Source of the DNA: an uncultured delta proteobacterium
GTDB taxonomy: Bacteria > Desulfobacterota > Binatia > UBA9968
Assembly (NCBI GenBank): GCA_963760795.1
Contig: CAVXEP010000009.1
Location: 32,001 to 96,000 of the forward strand
DNA: 64,000 nucleotides
Direction of reading: 5' to 3'
Below are positions 10,946 through 21,120 of this stretch, piece after piece. The notes beneath the pieces are model-generated. The model was not told the DNA's origin. It made no database searches and saw only the letters and a list, made by a program, of their open reading frames with translations. The position numbers were made by a program, and so were the translations under genes. How positions within the stretch are numbered: the first letter of the stretch is position 1; each line of letters starts with the position of its first letter.

Positions 10946-12994
10946 ATGAAATCCAAACTTTTCGATGCGCTAAAGTTGGCATTTTCTCGATTTCTCCTGG
11001 GAGCCTTAGGAATATGGTGCACCCTCGGCCCAATCCTGCTCATGAACGCATCCGAATCAGCGAGTCAGGAACTAAAGGTTCTGCTGGTTCTCTTACTTGC
11101 CCCATGTTACGCCATCGTGCTCGTCATCTGCTTGCGTGCCAAGTGGGACGCTCTTAGAGAGCTTGCGGAGGATACCAGGCTCGCCCTGTGCTTCATGCTC
11201 GCCGGCTTATTGTTAAGCGAAATGACCGGGATCTTCCTGGCAGCCAAACATAAGCTCGTGCCGGTGTATGTCTACGTCGGGTTTTTACTTACTGAAATCG
11301 CAAAACCAAGACGATTCATCAAAGCGTGCAGCGAATATTTACGCGCGCACTCGACCAGTTCTAATAGAGCCCCCATCAAGAACGCTCTCGCCGAACAGCA
11401 GTCGCAGGGAGAGCTGCCCATGCACATCGGCGGACTCGCGCACCAGAGCGCCGAGCATTGCGACCGGCCAGCGGATAGCCAAAGAACCTTAGCCGAATAC
11501 GAGCAGCAGGAGCGTAGTTTGATGAGTGCGCAAATAGAGATCCAGCAGCTGCGCGAAAGCATCGACAACCTCGGAAACCAGCTCCAAGCAAGCCAGGTCG
11601 AGTTCAAACAAGCGACGGTCAGATATCACGAAGCCGATGGTGTCAATGAGACGTTGCAACGCACGGTCGCGGCATTGAATCGAAATCTCGCGGAACGAGA
11701 TAACAGAATAGAAATACTCCAGAGCGCCGCACAAGACACGGCGAGAATGCAAATTGAAAATCAACAACTCCGCGTTGAAAACCAGGGATTGCACGAAGAA
11801 GTGACTAGCCAACGATTCCAACTCAATGCGCGAGAAACTCAGTTGCGGGAATTGGCCCGCCAGAATCTCGAGGGTGCCGATCGTTTCGAACGTCTTGAAA
11901 CGGAAGTCAACGACCTTCACCGGCGGCTCAACAACAACCAGTCAAAGGAACAAGAATTAGCAACCGCGCGCCAACAACTAACCAACCTCGAAGAACGCGA
12001 AAAGTATCATAGCAGGCAACTACCGCAGTTAGAGGCGCGACTCGCAGACATGGAGCGCGAAATCATAGACGCAAGAAACCAAGCCCAAGTGCTCGATGAT
12101 ACTCATCGGCGCTTGCACGATACCCAGCAAATCTGTCACGAACTGGCCGATGAGAATCGCCGACTATGGCAAGAAGTTTTGAGATGGCAGGAAAGCTTCG
12201 CTGTTAGCCTGGCAACTCGCGTGGCGACTGACTCCAATGACACAAAGCTTGTTCAAACCAGGGAAGATGGCGGCGCCGAATTATCCCCGGATAGGCACAG
12301 CTTATTGCCTGCCAATAGCGACGAATATATGCCAGCCGAAATTTCCGGCTGGGAAGTAAAATCGCCGAATAACCGCTTTCAGAGAACCGGCGGCGAGTAT
12401 CCGCAGCTTAGTTCTTTAGATTCGACTGCGGGTGTCTCCATGGAAACGGCAGAAGATACGAATTGGGGGGTCTTGAAGTCAGTCAAGCAACAATGGCACT
12501 TCGGAGCCCTTGCCGCCTCCGTGGTTGCGGTCGCTGGCGCAGTCGCCTTGGGAATGTTGGGAAACAGATTTTCACCGCCAAAAGAGGCGGCGGTTGCGAT
12601 CACAAGCGGCTCTCAGGAATATCCAGTGGAAGCTGCCTCGAAACCCCAAAGCGAACCTGAGCCGCAACTGCGAGGCACCTTTTCGCCAAAAAGCACCACC
12701 CTGGAATATCGGACTCAAGCTGTCGCAAAGCCCCAGAGCAAACCAGCGCCGCAACAACGTGGCGTCGTTCAAACGGTTCGTCCAACGCCAAGACGCGGGA
12801 CATTTGAAACCGTACTTGCAACCCAAGTTTACGACGGACCAAGTGAGAACGCAGCGCTGGTCGCCTCGATCCAGGCCGGGATGAAAGTCAATGTTGTAAA
12901 CTCTAGCCAAGGTTGGTTAGAGATTCGCTCCAGATACGGACGCCCGCCCGGCTTCATTCGTCAAGACACAGCGATCATGGTTGCCCAGAACTAA
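10946..12994 (+). CDS. Membrane protein: about 4 N-terminal TMs, long coiled coil, TM, Pro-rich linker, C-terminal SH3b-like domain
   Basis: Hydrophobic N-terminal segments; Q/E/L heptads; FGALAASVVAVAGAVALGML; VYDGPS..VASIQAGMKVNVV..GWLEI..GFI SH3b pattern. Confidence 0.75.
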   Translation: MKSKLFDALKLAFSRFLLGALGIWCTLGPILLMNASESASQELKVLLVLLLAPCYAIVLVICLRAKWDALRELAEDTRLALCFMLAGLLLSEMTGIFLAAKHKLVPVYVYVGFLLTEIAKPRRFIKACSEYLRAHSTSSNRAPIKNALAEQQSQGELPMHIGGLAHQSAEHCDRPADSQRTLAEYEQQERSLMSAQIEIQQLRESIDNLGNQLQASQVEFKQATVRYHEADGVNETLQRTVAALNRNLAERDNRIEILQSAAQDTARMQIENQQLRVENQGLHEEVTSQRFQLNARETQLRELARQNLEGADRFERLETEVNDLHRRLNNNQSKEQELATARQQLTNLEEREKYHSRQLPQLEARLADMEREIIDARNQAQVLDDTHRRLHDTQQICHELADENRRLWQEVLRWQESFAVSLATRVATDSNDTKLVQTREDGGAELSPDRHSLLPANSDEYMPAEISGWEVKSPNNRFQRTGGEYPQLSSLDSTAGVSMETAEDTNWGVLKSVKQQWHFGALAASVVAVAGAVALGMLGNRFSPPKEAAVAITSGSQEYPVEAASKPQSEPEPQLRGTFSPKSTTLEYRTQAVAKPQSKPAPQQRGVVQTVRPTPRRGTFETVLATQVYDGPSENAALVASIQAGMKVNVVNSSQGWLEIRSRYGRPPGFIRQDTAIMVAQN

Positions 12995-13223
12995 CACGGG
13001 CACAGCAACAAAACCCAACTTCGGGCGTCGCGCGCGATTGCTTGGCCGTCAATCATGTAATGATCATGATCTACGCCGTCACTGATCTACCGCGAAACAG
13101 ACAGAAGAACATAATCAAGAGTCTTCACCTGATTGAAAGCTTTCCCGGCGTAAGGGCGCAGCATGCCGCGCCCTACCAAATACGCACCCTATTTGAAACG
13201 ATCACGAACCACTAAAACCATTC

Positions 13224-14251
13224 CTATTTCTTCTTCGGCAATAAGAATATCCTTCAGCCGCGCCACCGTCGCCGGTTTCAGATCGTAGAGACCGGACAAG
13301 CGTCTTGGCGATCGTCGGCCCGTCCACCGGACCGATGTCGAGCTGGGCTTTTTTAGCTTCGGCGACAAGATCGGCATCGCTAAAGGTTTTGATAAACGCT
13401 CGTTGCAGCAGCTCCAGCCGATCCTTGGCCATTCCTGGCGGTACCGAGAAGGGAAACTGCGCGCCGTGGACATCGTCGGCGATCTTGAGCAGCTCGCGCG
13501 ACTCTTCGGTCTTGGCGAAACTCATCGCCACCGGAATTTGTTTGTACTTGGGATTGGGCTTCAGCGTCGCTTGTAGCACCGGGATGATTTTCTTGCTGTC
13601 GTAAGCGCTGCGCCACACCGTCTCCACCGTCCCCCAGGAGCCGCAGTAACCGTCGACTTCGCCCGATTCCACGGCGAGACGCGCGTCCGCGCCGCCCTTG
13701 TAACCGTCGATCACGTCCATCGGCAGGTTGAGCGCGACTTTAAGCAATTTGGGAATGTCGGACGTACTGGTACCGGGACCGATGGTGGAAATTTTTTGCG
13801 GCCGTTTGGCGTTAACCCAATCGTCCATCTTGGTAATGCCGCTTTTCTGGTTGAAGGTGCACACGGTATCGTACTCGGATGGAATGCCGAGATAGCCGAA
13901 GCGCCTGCCGTCAAACTGCGCCGCCTCATTGCCCATGATATGCTGCAACACCAGCGGCGACGCCCAGGCGCCGATGGTCAAACCGTCGGGCTTGACGCGA
14001 TTGTACAGATGATTGGCCGCGATCATGCCGCCGGCGCCGGTCATGTTCTCGACGATGCGTGTGGGATTGCCCGGCAAGTAGCGGCCGATGTAACGCGCCA
14101 GCACCCGCGCATAGAGATCGAACGAGCCGCCCGGCGAGTAGCCGACGACGATCGTCAACGTCTTGTCCTTGTACTCCTGCGCTCCGACGGCTGACTGACT
14201 CGCAATCATAACAACGCCGGCCAGAGCCAGCGCGCGCGAACACTTGTTCAT
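13224..14251 (-). CDS. Tripartite tricarboxylate transporter substrate-binding protein (TctC/Bug); frameshifted near the 3' end
   Basis: Signal peptide, IVVGYSPGGSFD..AR, VENMTGAGG, KPDGLTI, GYKGGA..LAVESGEVDG; probable true end ..ILLPKKK*. Confidence 0.85.
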
Positions 14252-14322
14252 AAAATCTCCTCGTGATTAGAAACTTGGTGCTTCAGGTTCTTGTGTGGAT
14301 AAAGGCTCGCAACTAGCCAGGA

Positions 14323-14392
14323 GGGCGGGTTTAAAACCCGCCCCTACATTTCGGATTCATTCTTTGCGCTCTTTGCGTTCTTTGCGGCCATA
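14323..14392. repeat. GTAG-type REP palindrome plus ctttgcg repeat element
   Basis: gggcgggtttaaaacccgccc-ctac followed by ctttgcgctctttgcgttctttgcggcca; related copies near 15575-15640 and 56339-56370. Confidence 0.6.
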
Positions 14393-14413
14393 CTTCTTGA
14401 CGAGCCAGAAACT

Positions 14414-15016
14414 TTAACCGCGGCCGACGAACGGCATCGCTCTTTCCTCGGTGCGCTCGAGATATCTGACGAAGGTATATTTATTTTCGGCGAGATCGGT
14501 GTTGGGACGGGGAATCTCGCGATGCAGCAAGCTCTCTTCGACCTTGCAGACAAAAAAGCCCAACTCGTTTTTGCTCAACGCGTCGATACCCGATTTTTTG
14601 AAATCCTCGAAGTCACGGATGGTTTGCGCATTCTTGATCCCCGCGCCCTGGGCCATGGCCGCCAAATCCGTGTTGCCGGAGGTCGCGGTGGGATAGCTGA
14701 TGCGGCTGCCGCTGTAAACGCCGTTGTCGAAAACATAGACGACCAAGTTTTTCGGCTGCAAGTTACCCAGCGTCGCCAAGTTGAATAAGGAAAGCAGCAC
14801 GCTGCCGTCGGAATCGAGGGCGATCACTTTCCGGTGCGGCAGCGCCAACGCCAACCCGGTGGCCACGCCGATGGCGCAGCCCATCATGCCGACCAGCAGG
14901 TTGCCCTCATGACGCGACAGGTGCGACCACTCGATGCGCTGGCCGCTTTGCGAGGTCACGACCAATTGATCGGTCATCTTAGTGGCCAAGAGCTGCAAAC
15001 ATTCGTAGCGAATCAT
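14414..15016 (-). CDS. ThDP-dependent decarboxylase beta subunit (ComE / phosphonopyruvate decarboxylase-like)
   Basis: GMMG.AIGVATGLALA, DSDGS..DNGVY ThDP/Mg motif, TDLAAMA. Confidence 0.8.
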   Translation of the reverse strand: MIRYECLQLLATKMTDQLVVTSQSGQRIEWSHLSRHEGNLLVGMMGCAIGVATGLALALPHRKVIALDSDGSVLLSLFNLATLGNLQPKNLVVYVFDNGVYSGSRISYPTATSGNTDLAAMAQGAGIKNAQTIRDFEDFKKSGIDALSKNELGFFVCKVEESLLHREIPRPNTDLAENKYTFVRYLERTEERAMPFVGRG

Positions 15017-15519
15017 TCGGAAAACTCCCCGGCGAACAGCAACGCGTAGGGACCGCGCAAAGCATTTGCCGCGCGCACCGCGTCTTTGATTTTGATCTCA
15101 AGCTTCGCGCCGTCTTCGATCAACGTATGCTCGACGCCCAAGCCGTCGAGCACCGGAATCGAGTGCTTACCGATGGTCGCGTAGAGAAAACTATTGCGCC
15201 AATCCGGCACGCCGCCGAGGTAGGCGATCACCAACAGCAACGGCACGCCGAGTTGCTTGCCCACCGTCAGTAAACTGTAACAGGACGTATAGATGCCGGT
15301 GTTTTCCATATACACCGCGGCCTGTTTGCCACCGAGCGTCGCCCCGGCGGCGATGGTGATCGCCTCTGATTCGTTGGCCACCGCGATCAGTTCCATGTCC
15401 GGGTCATCGCGAATCAGCGGCACGATCTGGCTCAACCGGGTTTCCGGCAAATAGGTTACGAAATTAATCCCAGCGTCTTTGAGACTCTGAACCAGTCTCT
15501 TGGCGAGTTCGTCTTTCAT
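15013..15519 (-). CDS. ThDP-dependent decarboxylase alpha subunit (ComD-like)
   Basis: LKDAGINFVTYLPET, ANESEAITIAAGA.LGG, YMENTG; overlaps the beta gene by 4 nt. Confidence 0.8.
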   Translation of the reverse strand: MKDELAKRLVQSLKDAGINFVTYLPETRLSQIVPLIRDDPDMELIAVANESEAITIAAGATLGGKQAAVYMENTGIYTSCYSLLTVGKQLGVPLLLVIAYLGGVPDWRNSFLYATIGKHSIPVLDGLGVEHTLIEDGAKLEIKIKDAVRAANALRGPYALLFAGEFSE

Positions 15520-15662
15520 ACTTGGTAGTTTGAATTAGCAGGGAAAATCGCCAGTCGCAATGGGAAATGAACCAGGAGGGCAACCACAGGGGGTTGCCCC
15601 GACAAATTCCGAATTCGTTTTGCGTTCTTTGCGGTTAACACTCCGAATCCGAATCATCTCTT

Positions 15663-17929
15663 TTATGTGATCCTTATGCCCTTTGTGGTTAAATCATCCG
15701 AAGATTCTTTCAGCGCCGTCAATACCTTCTCCGCCGTGATCGGCAGATCGTAAATCCGCACACCCATCGCATCGTGAACCGCATTGGCGATGGCCGCCGC
15801 CGCCACCAGCACCGGCGGCTCGCCGATGCTCATGCCGCCATAGGGGCCGTTGCCGACGGGAAATTCCTGAATGACAGTCTTAAGCGGTGGGATGTCACGG
15901 ATCGACGGAATCTTGCTCTCGCCAAAGTTCGTCGTGATGACTTTACCCTGATCAATGATCAACTGCTCCATCAGCGCATAGCCGATCGCCGTTACGACGC
16001 CGCCGTCGATCTGCCCTTGGTGCATCAGCGGATTGATGATCGTGCCGGTGCTATGTGCGGTGGTAAAGTGTTTCACTGCCACCTGGCCGGTCTCACGGTC
16101 GACCTCGACTTCGGCAACTTGCACGACCATAGCGGCTGCGGGACCGTTAGCGAAATTTTTGTACGCACCTTCGCAGCGAACCTCGCCGCCGAGCCGTTCG
16201 ACGATGCGCGCCGTAAGAGACCGGTTTGCCGCTGCGGGCTGCGAATCGATCCGCTGCCAGTGAAGGAAAGCTCATCCACCGGCACACCGAGGATTCGCGC
16301 TCGCGCCCTGCAACAACTTCTCTTTGACTTGAAGCGCCGCGGCATGGGTTGCATTGCCGAATATCCGCGTCGCCCTGCTGGCGCCGACACCGGTATCCGC
16401 GGCGGCGCCACTGGTGTCGAGAATTTGACAACGAACTTGCTCCACCGGCACCTGCAGCTCATTGGCGGCGATCTGCCGCATCGCCGTGTAGGTGCCCGCT
16501 CCCTGGTCGACCATGGCGGTCGACACTGTGATGACACCGCCAGCATCCACCGTCACGAAGGCATGCCCTTCGCCGCCCAACGGCAGCCATTGCGCCAGCG
16601 CCAAGCCGCGGCCGATATATTTTCGTTTTGGCTTACTGTAGCCCGACGCCGCCAGCGCCTGCGCCAAGGTCTCCTCGCTCTTGATATGCGGCAGCGCGTG
16701 GCCGATGGGCGAGACATCGCCGTCATGCATGAGATTTTTCCGTCGAAATGCGATCGGGTCCATGCCCAGCCGCCGCGCCACCAGATCCATCTGCGATTCG
16801 TTGGCGAAAAAGCCCTGCGGCTCGCCCGGCGCGCGCATATGGCCGCAGGGGATTTTATTGGTGTAAACGATTTTCTCGTTGATATGGACGTTGGGGATCT
16901 TGTACGGCCCGGCCGCTTCCTTGGGTCCGACTAAGTATCCTTGCGGTTTGAACGCGCCATAGGCGCCGCTATCGTAGACATAGTCCATGCGGTGCGCGAT
17001 CAGCCGGCCATCTCTGCTTCACGCCGGTCTTCACTTCGATCACCGCGGCGTGGCGTGGATTGCCGGCGATGAACTCCTCCGCATAATCCATCACCATCTT
17101 CACCGGCCGGCCGCTCTTGAGCGACAGTAAATAGCACACCGGCACGTCCATGAAGTCGCCCTTGCCGCCGAAGCAGCCGCCGATGTAACTGGGGTGCATG
17201 AGAAAATCGCCCACCGGCCGGCGAAACGCCGTGGCGACTTGCTCGCGCAGCGCAAAGGGCACTTTCGAACAAGCCCAGACATCGGCGCCGCCCGCGCTAT
17301 GCGCCTGCACGACGCAAGAATGGGGCTCGATGTAAGCCTGATGCATCGGCTGGGTGGTGAAAGTGTTTTCGATGATCAAGTCAGCGTCGCGGAACCCCGC
17401 TTCGACATCGCCCTTGGTCCAGGTCAGATCGACGAAGACATTGCTTGGCGTCGTGATTTCGTGCAGCAAGCCTCGGTAGTTTTGCACGTCGGGATGCAGC
17501 ACCGTCGCGCCCGGCTGAAGCGCTGCCAGCGGATCGAGGAGCGCGTCTAACTCTTCATAATGAACATCGATCAATTCGGTCGCCGCCTCGGCGATCTCCT
17601 CGGTCTCCGCCGCGACCACCGCGACTTTCTCGCCGATGAAGCGCACCACCTCGTCTGGAAGAACCGGCATGTCGTAGATTTTGCGCCCGATCAGTTGGCC
17701 TTTGACATCGGCGCCGGTAACCACGCCGTGAACACCCGGCAGCGCCAGCGCTTTGCTGACATCGATCTTTACTGATCCGCCCGTAAGCGATTGGGCTGCG
17801 CAGCGCTTTCGCCCAGAGCATGTTGGGGAGGACTACGTCGGTGGCATAGATCGCCGCGCCGGAAACTTTTTCGCGGCCTTCGGATCTTGGCGTCGGCACT
17901 CCAATAATCTTGCGCGGGTTCACTGCCAC
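15663..17929 (-). CDS. Xanthine dehydrogenase-family molybdopterin-binding large subunit; several frameshifts
   Basis: EKVSGAAIY, VRFIGEKVAVV, QAYIEPH, GGCFGGKG, MRAPGEPQG, DQGAG, GASR, INP..QGQIDGG, IGEPP..AIANAV across 5 ORF pieces. Confidence 0.85.
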
Positions 17930-17935
17930 GAAAAA

Positions 17936-18535
17936 CTAACCCCGTCCCTTGAATATCGCCTTGCCTTCGGTGCGCTCCAGATAGCGGACAAACTGATATT
18001 TATTTTCCAGCAGATCGACGGTGGTTCTCTCGATCTCGCGGTGACCGCGGCTCTCTTCCACCTTGGCGACGACAAATCTGAGCCCAGCTACGCCGATCGC
18101 TCCGGCTGCTTTACTCTTGAACTCAACGACATCGCGCACGGTGACCGCGTTTTCGATTCCCGCGCTGCGCGCCATTCCCGCCAAGTCGGTCTTGCCCGCC
18201 GTCGCCGTGGGTTCACTAATCTTGGTCCCGCTATAAGCCTGATTATCGAATACGAAGACGGCAAGATTCGCCGGGTTCATCTTCGCCACCGTCGGCAGGT
18301 TGAACAGCGACAGCAGCAAGCTGCCGTCGGATTCGAGCACGATGACTTTTCTATTCGGCAGCGCCAGCGCCAGTCCCAATCCGACCGCAAGCGCGTTGCC
18401 CATCGACCCCAGCAGTAAATTTCCCTCATGCTTGGACAAATGGCCCCATTCAACCCGCTGGCCGCTCAGCGACGTGACCACAAGTTGGTCGGTGATTAAC
18501 GGAGCTAACTGCTCGAGACATTCGTAACGCTGCAT
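17936..18535 (-). CDS. ThDP-dependent decarboxylase beta subunit (ComE-like), paralog 2
   Basis: GSMGNALAVGLGLALA, ESDGS..DNQAY; clear paralog of 14414..15016. Confidence 0.8.
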   Translation of the reverse strand: MQRYECLEQLAPLITDQLVVTSLSGQRVEWGHLSKHEGNLLLGSMGNALAVGLGLALALPNRKVIVLESDGSLLLSLFNLPTVAKMNPANLAVFVFDNQAYSGTKISEPTATAGKTDLAGMARSAGIENAVTVRDVVEFKSKAAGAIGVAGLRFVVAKVEESRGHREIERTTVDLLENKYQFVRYLERTEGKAIFKGRG

Positions 18536-18541
18536 GGTTGC

Positions 18542-19520
18542 CTAATCTCTGGGCGTCTCGCCCATTTCTCTGAGAATTTCCCGGACAATGCTGAAATCGA
18601 ATACCTCGTCCAACGACACTTCGCGTTTGAGATCGATGTTAAGCTTGGTGCTGTGAATGACTTTCTCCAAGGCATCCCGCGGCGCCAGCAAGTTACGGCT
18701 AAAATTTGCCGACGACGATAGATATCCCTGCTCCGCCACCGCCAAGGACGTGCGTCCCCAACGCTGGAGAATATCGACGGCGCCCTTCTTGTCGTCGAGA
18801 ATGAATCGGTTGGCCCTGAGCAGCGCGCGCAGCACGCGCTTCACTTCACCGCGATGATTCTTCAGCTTCTGTTCGTGCAGGCCGACGCCATTGACGGGGA
18901 AGATCAGAATATCGCGAGTCCGCACCAAACTCTTGAAACCGCGCGACTCGGCGATCGCATCCGACGGCGGCGCCACCACCGCGGCGTCGACCAGGCCGGA
19001 CTCCAACTGGGCCAGCCGTCCGGAACCGCCGCCTGCCGCGATGAACTGGACATCTTTGCTGGGATTGAGCTTGAAATGTTCCACCGTCAGGCGCGCCAAG
19101 ATATCCGTCGCCGAGCCGAAGGAACTCACCGCGATCTTTTTCCCTTTGAGATCGGCAAACCGGGTGATTTTCGGATTGACGACGACGACGTGATTGGGCC
19201 GCTCGATCAAAATCCCCGCGACCTTGATCGGCAATCCGCGCAGATTACCCGTGACCACGGATTGCAGAATCAGATTGTAATCGACATTGCCCGCCGGCCA
19301 GCGCGGCAATCGATACGTTGGCGCTGATCTGCACCAGCTCCGCATCCAACCCTTCCTCTTTGAAAAAGCCCTTGAACTTGGCCACGCCGCCGCTGAGAAA
19401 CGACATGTCGGGGTTGGAGACGGCGATGCTGATCTTCTGCGCCTGCGCCGAAGAGAGAAACAGCGAAAAGGACATCATCGCAACCGCGATCACCAATCGC
19501 ATCTTGTCAGCATGTTTCAT
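18542..19520 (-). CDS. ABC transporter substrate-binding protein (NMT1/THI5/SsuA-like); frameshift near 19290
   Basis: Signal peptide, GFFKEEGLDAELV, DLKGKKIAVSSFGS, GLVDAAVV. Confidence 0.82.
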
Positions 19521-19557
19521 CTTGCTGCTAACTCCTTACCCTTCACCCCTTACCTCC

Positions 19558-20064
19558 TCAAATCGTAAACTCACCGGTAAACAGCAGCGCCACCGGCTGC
19601 TTCAGTCCATGCATCAGCCGCACCGCGTTCTTGATATGAGTTTCGATGCCCGTGGCTTCCTTGACGATTTCGTACTGGATTCCCAACGCCTCGAGTTGCG
19701 GCACCATATGGGTGCCGTAATGCGAGTAAAGAAATGTGCCGCGCCGGTCGTCCATGCCGCCGATATAGCTGATCAGCAATAGCATCGGCACGCCATAGCG
19801 CTCCCCGAGGGTCAGTAAATTGTACGACGAGACAAACAGGCCGGTGCCTTCCATGTACAGCGCCGGCTGCTTGCCGCCGAGGGAAGCGCCCGCGGCGATG
19901 CCGACCGCTTCCGCTTCGCTGGCCACCGGCACGAGCATGAACGAATTGTCCGCTTTCAAGACCGGCAGGATCTCGCTCAACCGCGTCTCAGGGAGATACG
20001 CGACGAAGTCGATGCCGGCTTGCTTGAGTCCGGCGACAACTTTGTTGGCAGCTTCAGGCGTCAA
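19558..20064 (-). CDS. ThDP-dependent decarboxylase alpha subunit (ComD-like), paralog 2
   Basis: LKQAGIDFVAYLPET, ASEAEAVGIAAGASLGG; paralog of 15013..15519. Confidence 0.8.
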   Translation of the reverse strand: MTPEAANKVVAGLKQAGIDFVAYLPETRLSEILPVLKADNSFMLVPVASEAEAVGIAAGASLGGKQPALYMEGTGLFVSSYNLLTLGERYGVPMLLLISYIGGMDDRRGTFLYSHYGTHMVPQLEALGIQYEIVKEATGIETHIKNAVRLMHGLKQPVALLFTGEFTI

Positions 20065-20076
20065 ATTCGCCTCGCC

Positions 20077-20967
20077 TCACTGACCGAGAATGCCGTTGTC
20101 GCGCAGCTCGCGCTCCAGTTTGGCGATCTCGTCCTTGGGCATCTGCTCGGTTTCCCACTTGGGGAAACGTTTCACCGCGAAACCGCGCATGCGATAGACT
20201 TCTTGCAGCGGCACCCGGCCCCATTTGCGCAAGCGCGCGGCGACGATGCGCGCCGCGGTATCGACCTTCTGCTGCGCCGCGACTGCGCCGGCATAGTCCT
20301 GGCTATCGAGTTTCTTGAATAAGTCGACGCAGATTTCCGGCGCGAAACTGGTCGGTGGGTTGATCATGCCGGCGACGCCAAACGGCACCAGGCCAAACAG
20401 ATCGGCATTGCCGGTAAAGACCGAAACATCCGGCAGCAAGCGCACGTATTCGAGTAGTGCGCCTTGGCCGTACGCGACTTTGATGCCCTGCAATGCCGGC
20501 ACCTGCTCTTTCATGCGCACGGCGAAGCCCGGCGGGATCGAGATGCCGGAGTATTTCGGATTCTCGTAAATATAGATCGGCAGCGGCATCGCTTTATGCA
20601 CCGCTTTGTAGTGCGCCATGATTTCGAACTCGGTGTGATCGGAATAATAATACGGCGGCACGATCGCCACCGCGTCGGCGCCATGAGCCGCGGCATGCTC
20701 GGCCAGCTCCACCGCGCTGCCGGCGTCGGCGGTGCCGACATGAATCACCACCGGCACGCGCTTCTTGGCCTGATCCAACGCGATCGCCGCGGTCTGCTTG
20801 CGCTCCTCCGTCGTCATGGCCGGCCCCTGGCCGGTGGAGCCCAACACGAACAAACCTTGCACGCCCGCTTTGATGTGAAAATCGACCAACTGGCGCATCA
20901 TCTGCTCATCGACACGAACCTTGTCATCGAACGGCGTGATGATCGGTAACAAAACTCCACGAATCAT
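20077..20967 (-). CDS. DapA/NanA-family class I aldolase/lyase
   Basis: ITPF, VLGSTGQG, GADAVAIVPPYY, YIYENP, GIKVA (Schiff-base Lys). Confidence 0.85.
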   Translation of the reverse strand: MIRGVLLPIITPFDDKVRVDEQMMRQLVDFHIKAGVQGLFVLGSTGQGPAMTTEERKQTAAIALDQAKKRVPVVIHVGTADAGSAVELAEHAAAHGADAVAIVPPYYYSDHTEFEIMAHYKAVHKAMPLPIYIYENPKYSGISIPPGFAVRMKEQVPALQGIKVAYGQGALLEYVRLLPDVSVFTGNADLFGLVPFGVAGMINPPTSFAPEICVDLFKKLDSQDYAGAVAAQQKVDTAARIVAARLRKWGRVPLQEVYRMRGFAVKRFPKWETEQMPKDEIAKLERELRDNGILGQ

Positions 20968-21120
20968 GTTTTCCTCCTAGTGCAATGAACAACTCTTAGT
21001 GAGTCTCCCGAGTCTCTTACCCCCTCGCCCTCTGGGAGAGCTGGGGTGAGGGCAAAGGCGACCGCCGGTCGCCCCTACAAGGCAACCTCATCCTTTTACC
21101 TAATTATCCATTTTCAATTT

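Noticed and set aside
15774-16934. Long antisense and alternate-frame ORFs (e.g. 15774..16934, 29004..30113, 46958..47854, 49358..50365, 61647..62327)
   Set aside because: They are shadows of recognisable genes on the opposite strand in GC-rich DNA, with no motifs of their own.
14414-20064. Coenzyme M or phosphonate biosynthesis inferred from ComD/ComE-like genes
   Set aside because: No comA/B/C, cysteate synthase or pepM nearby; the context is catabolic.
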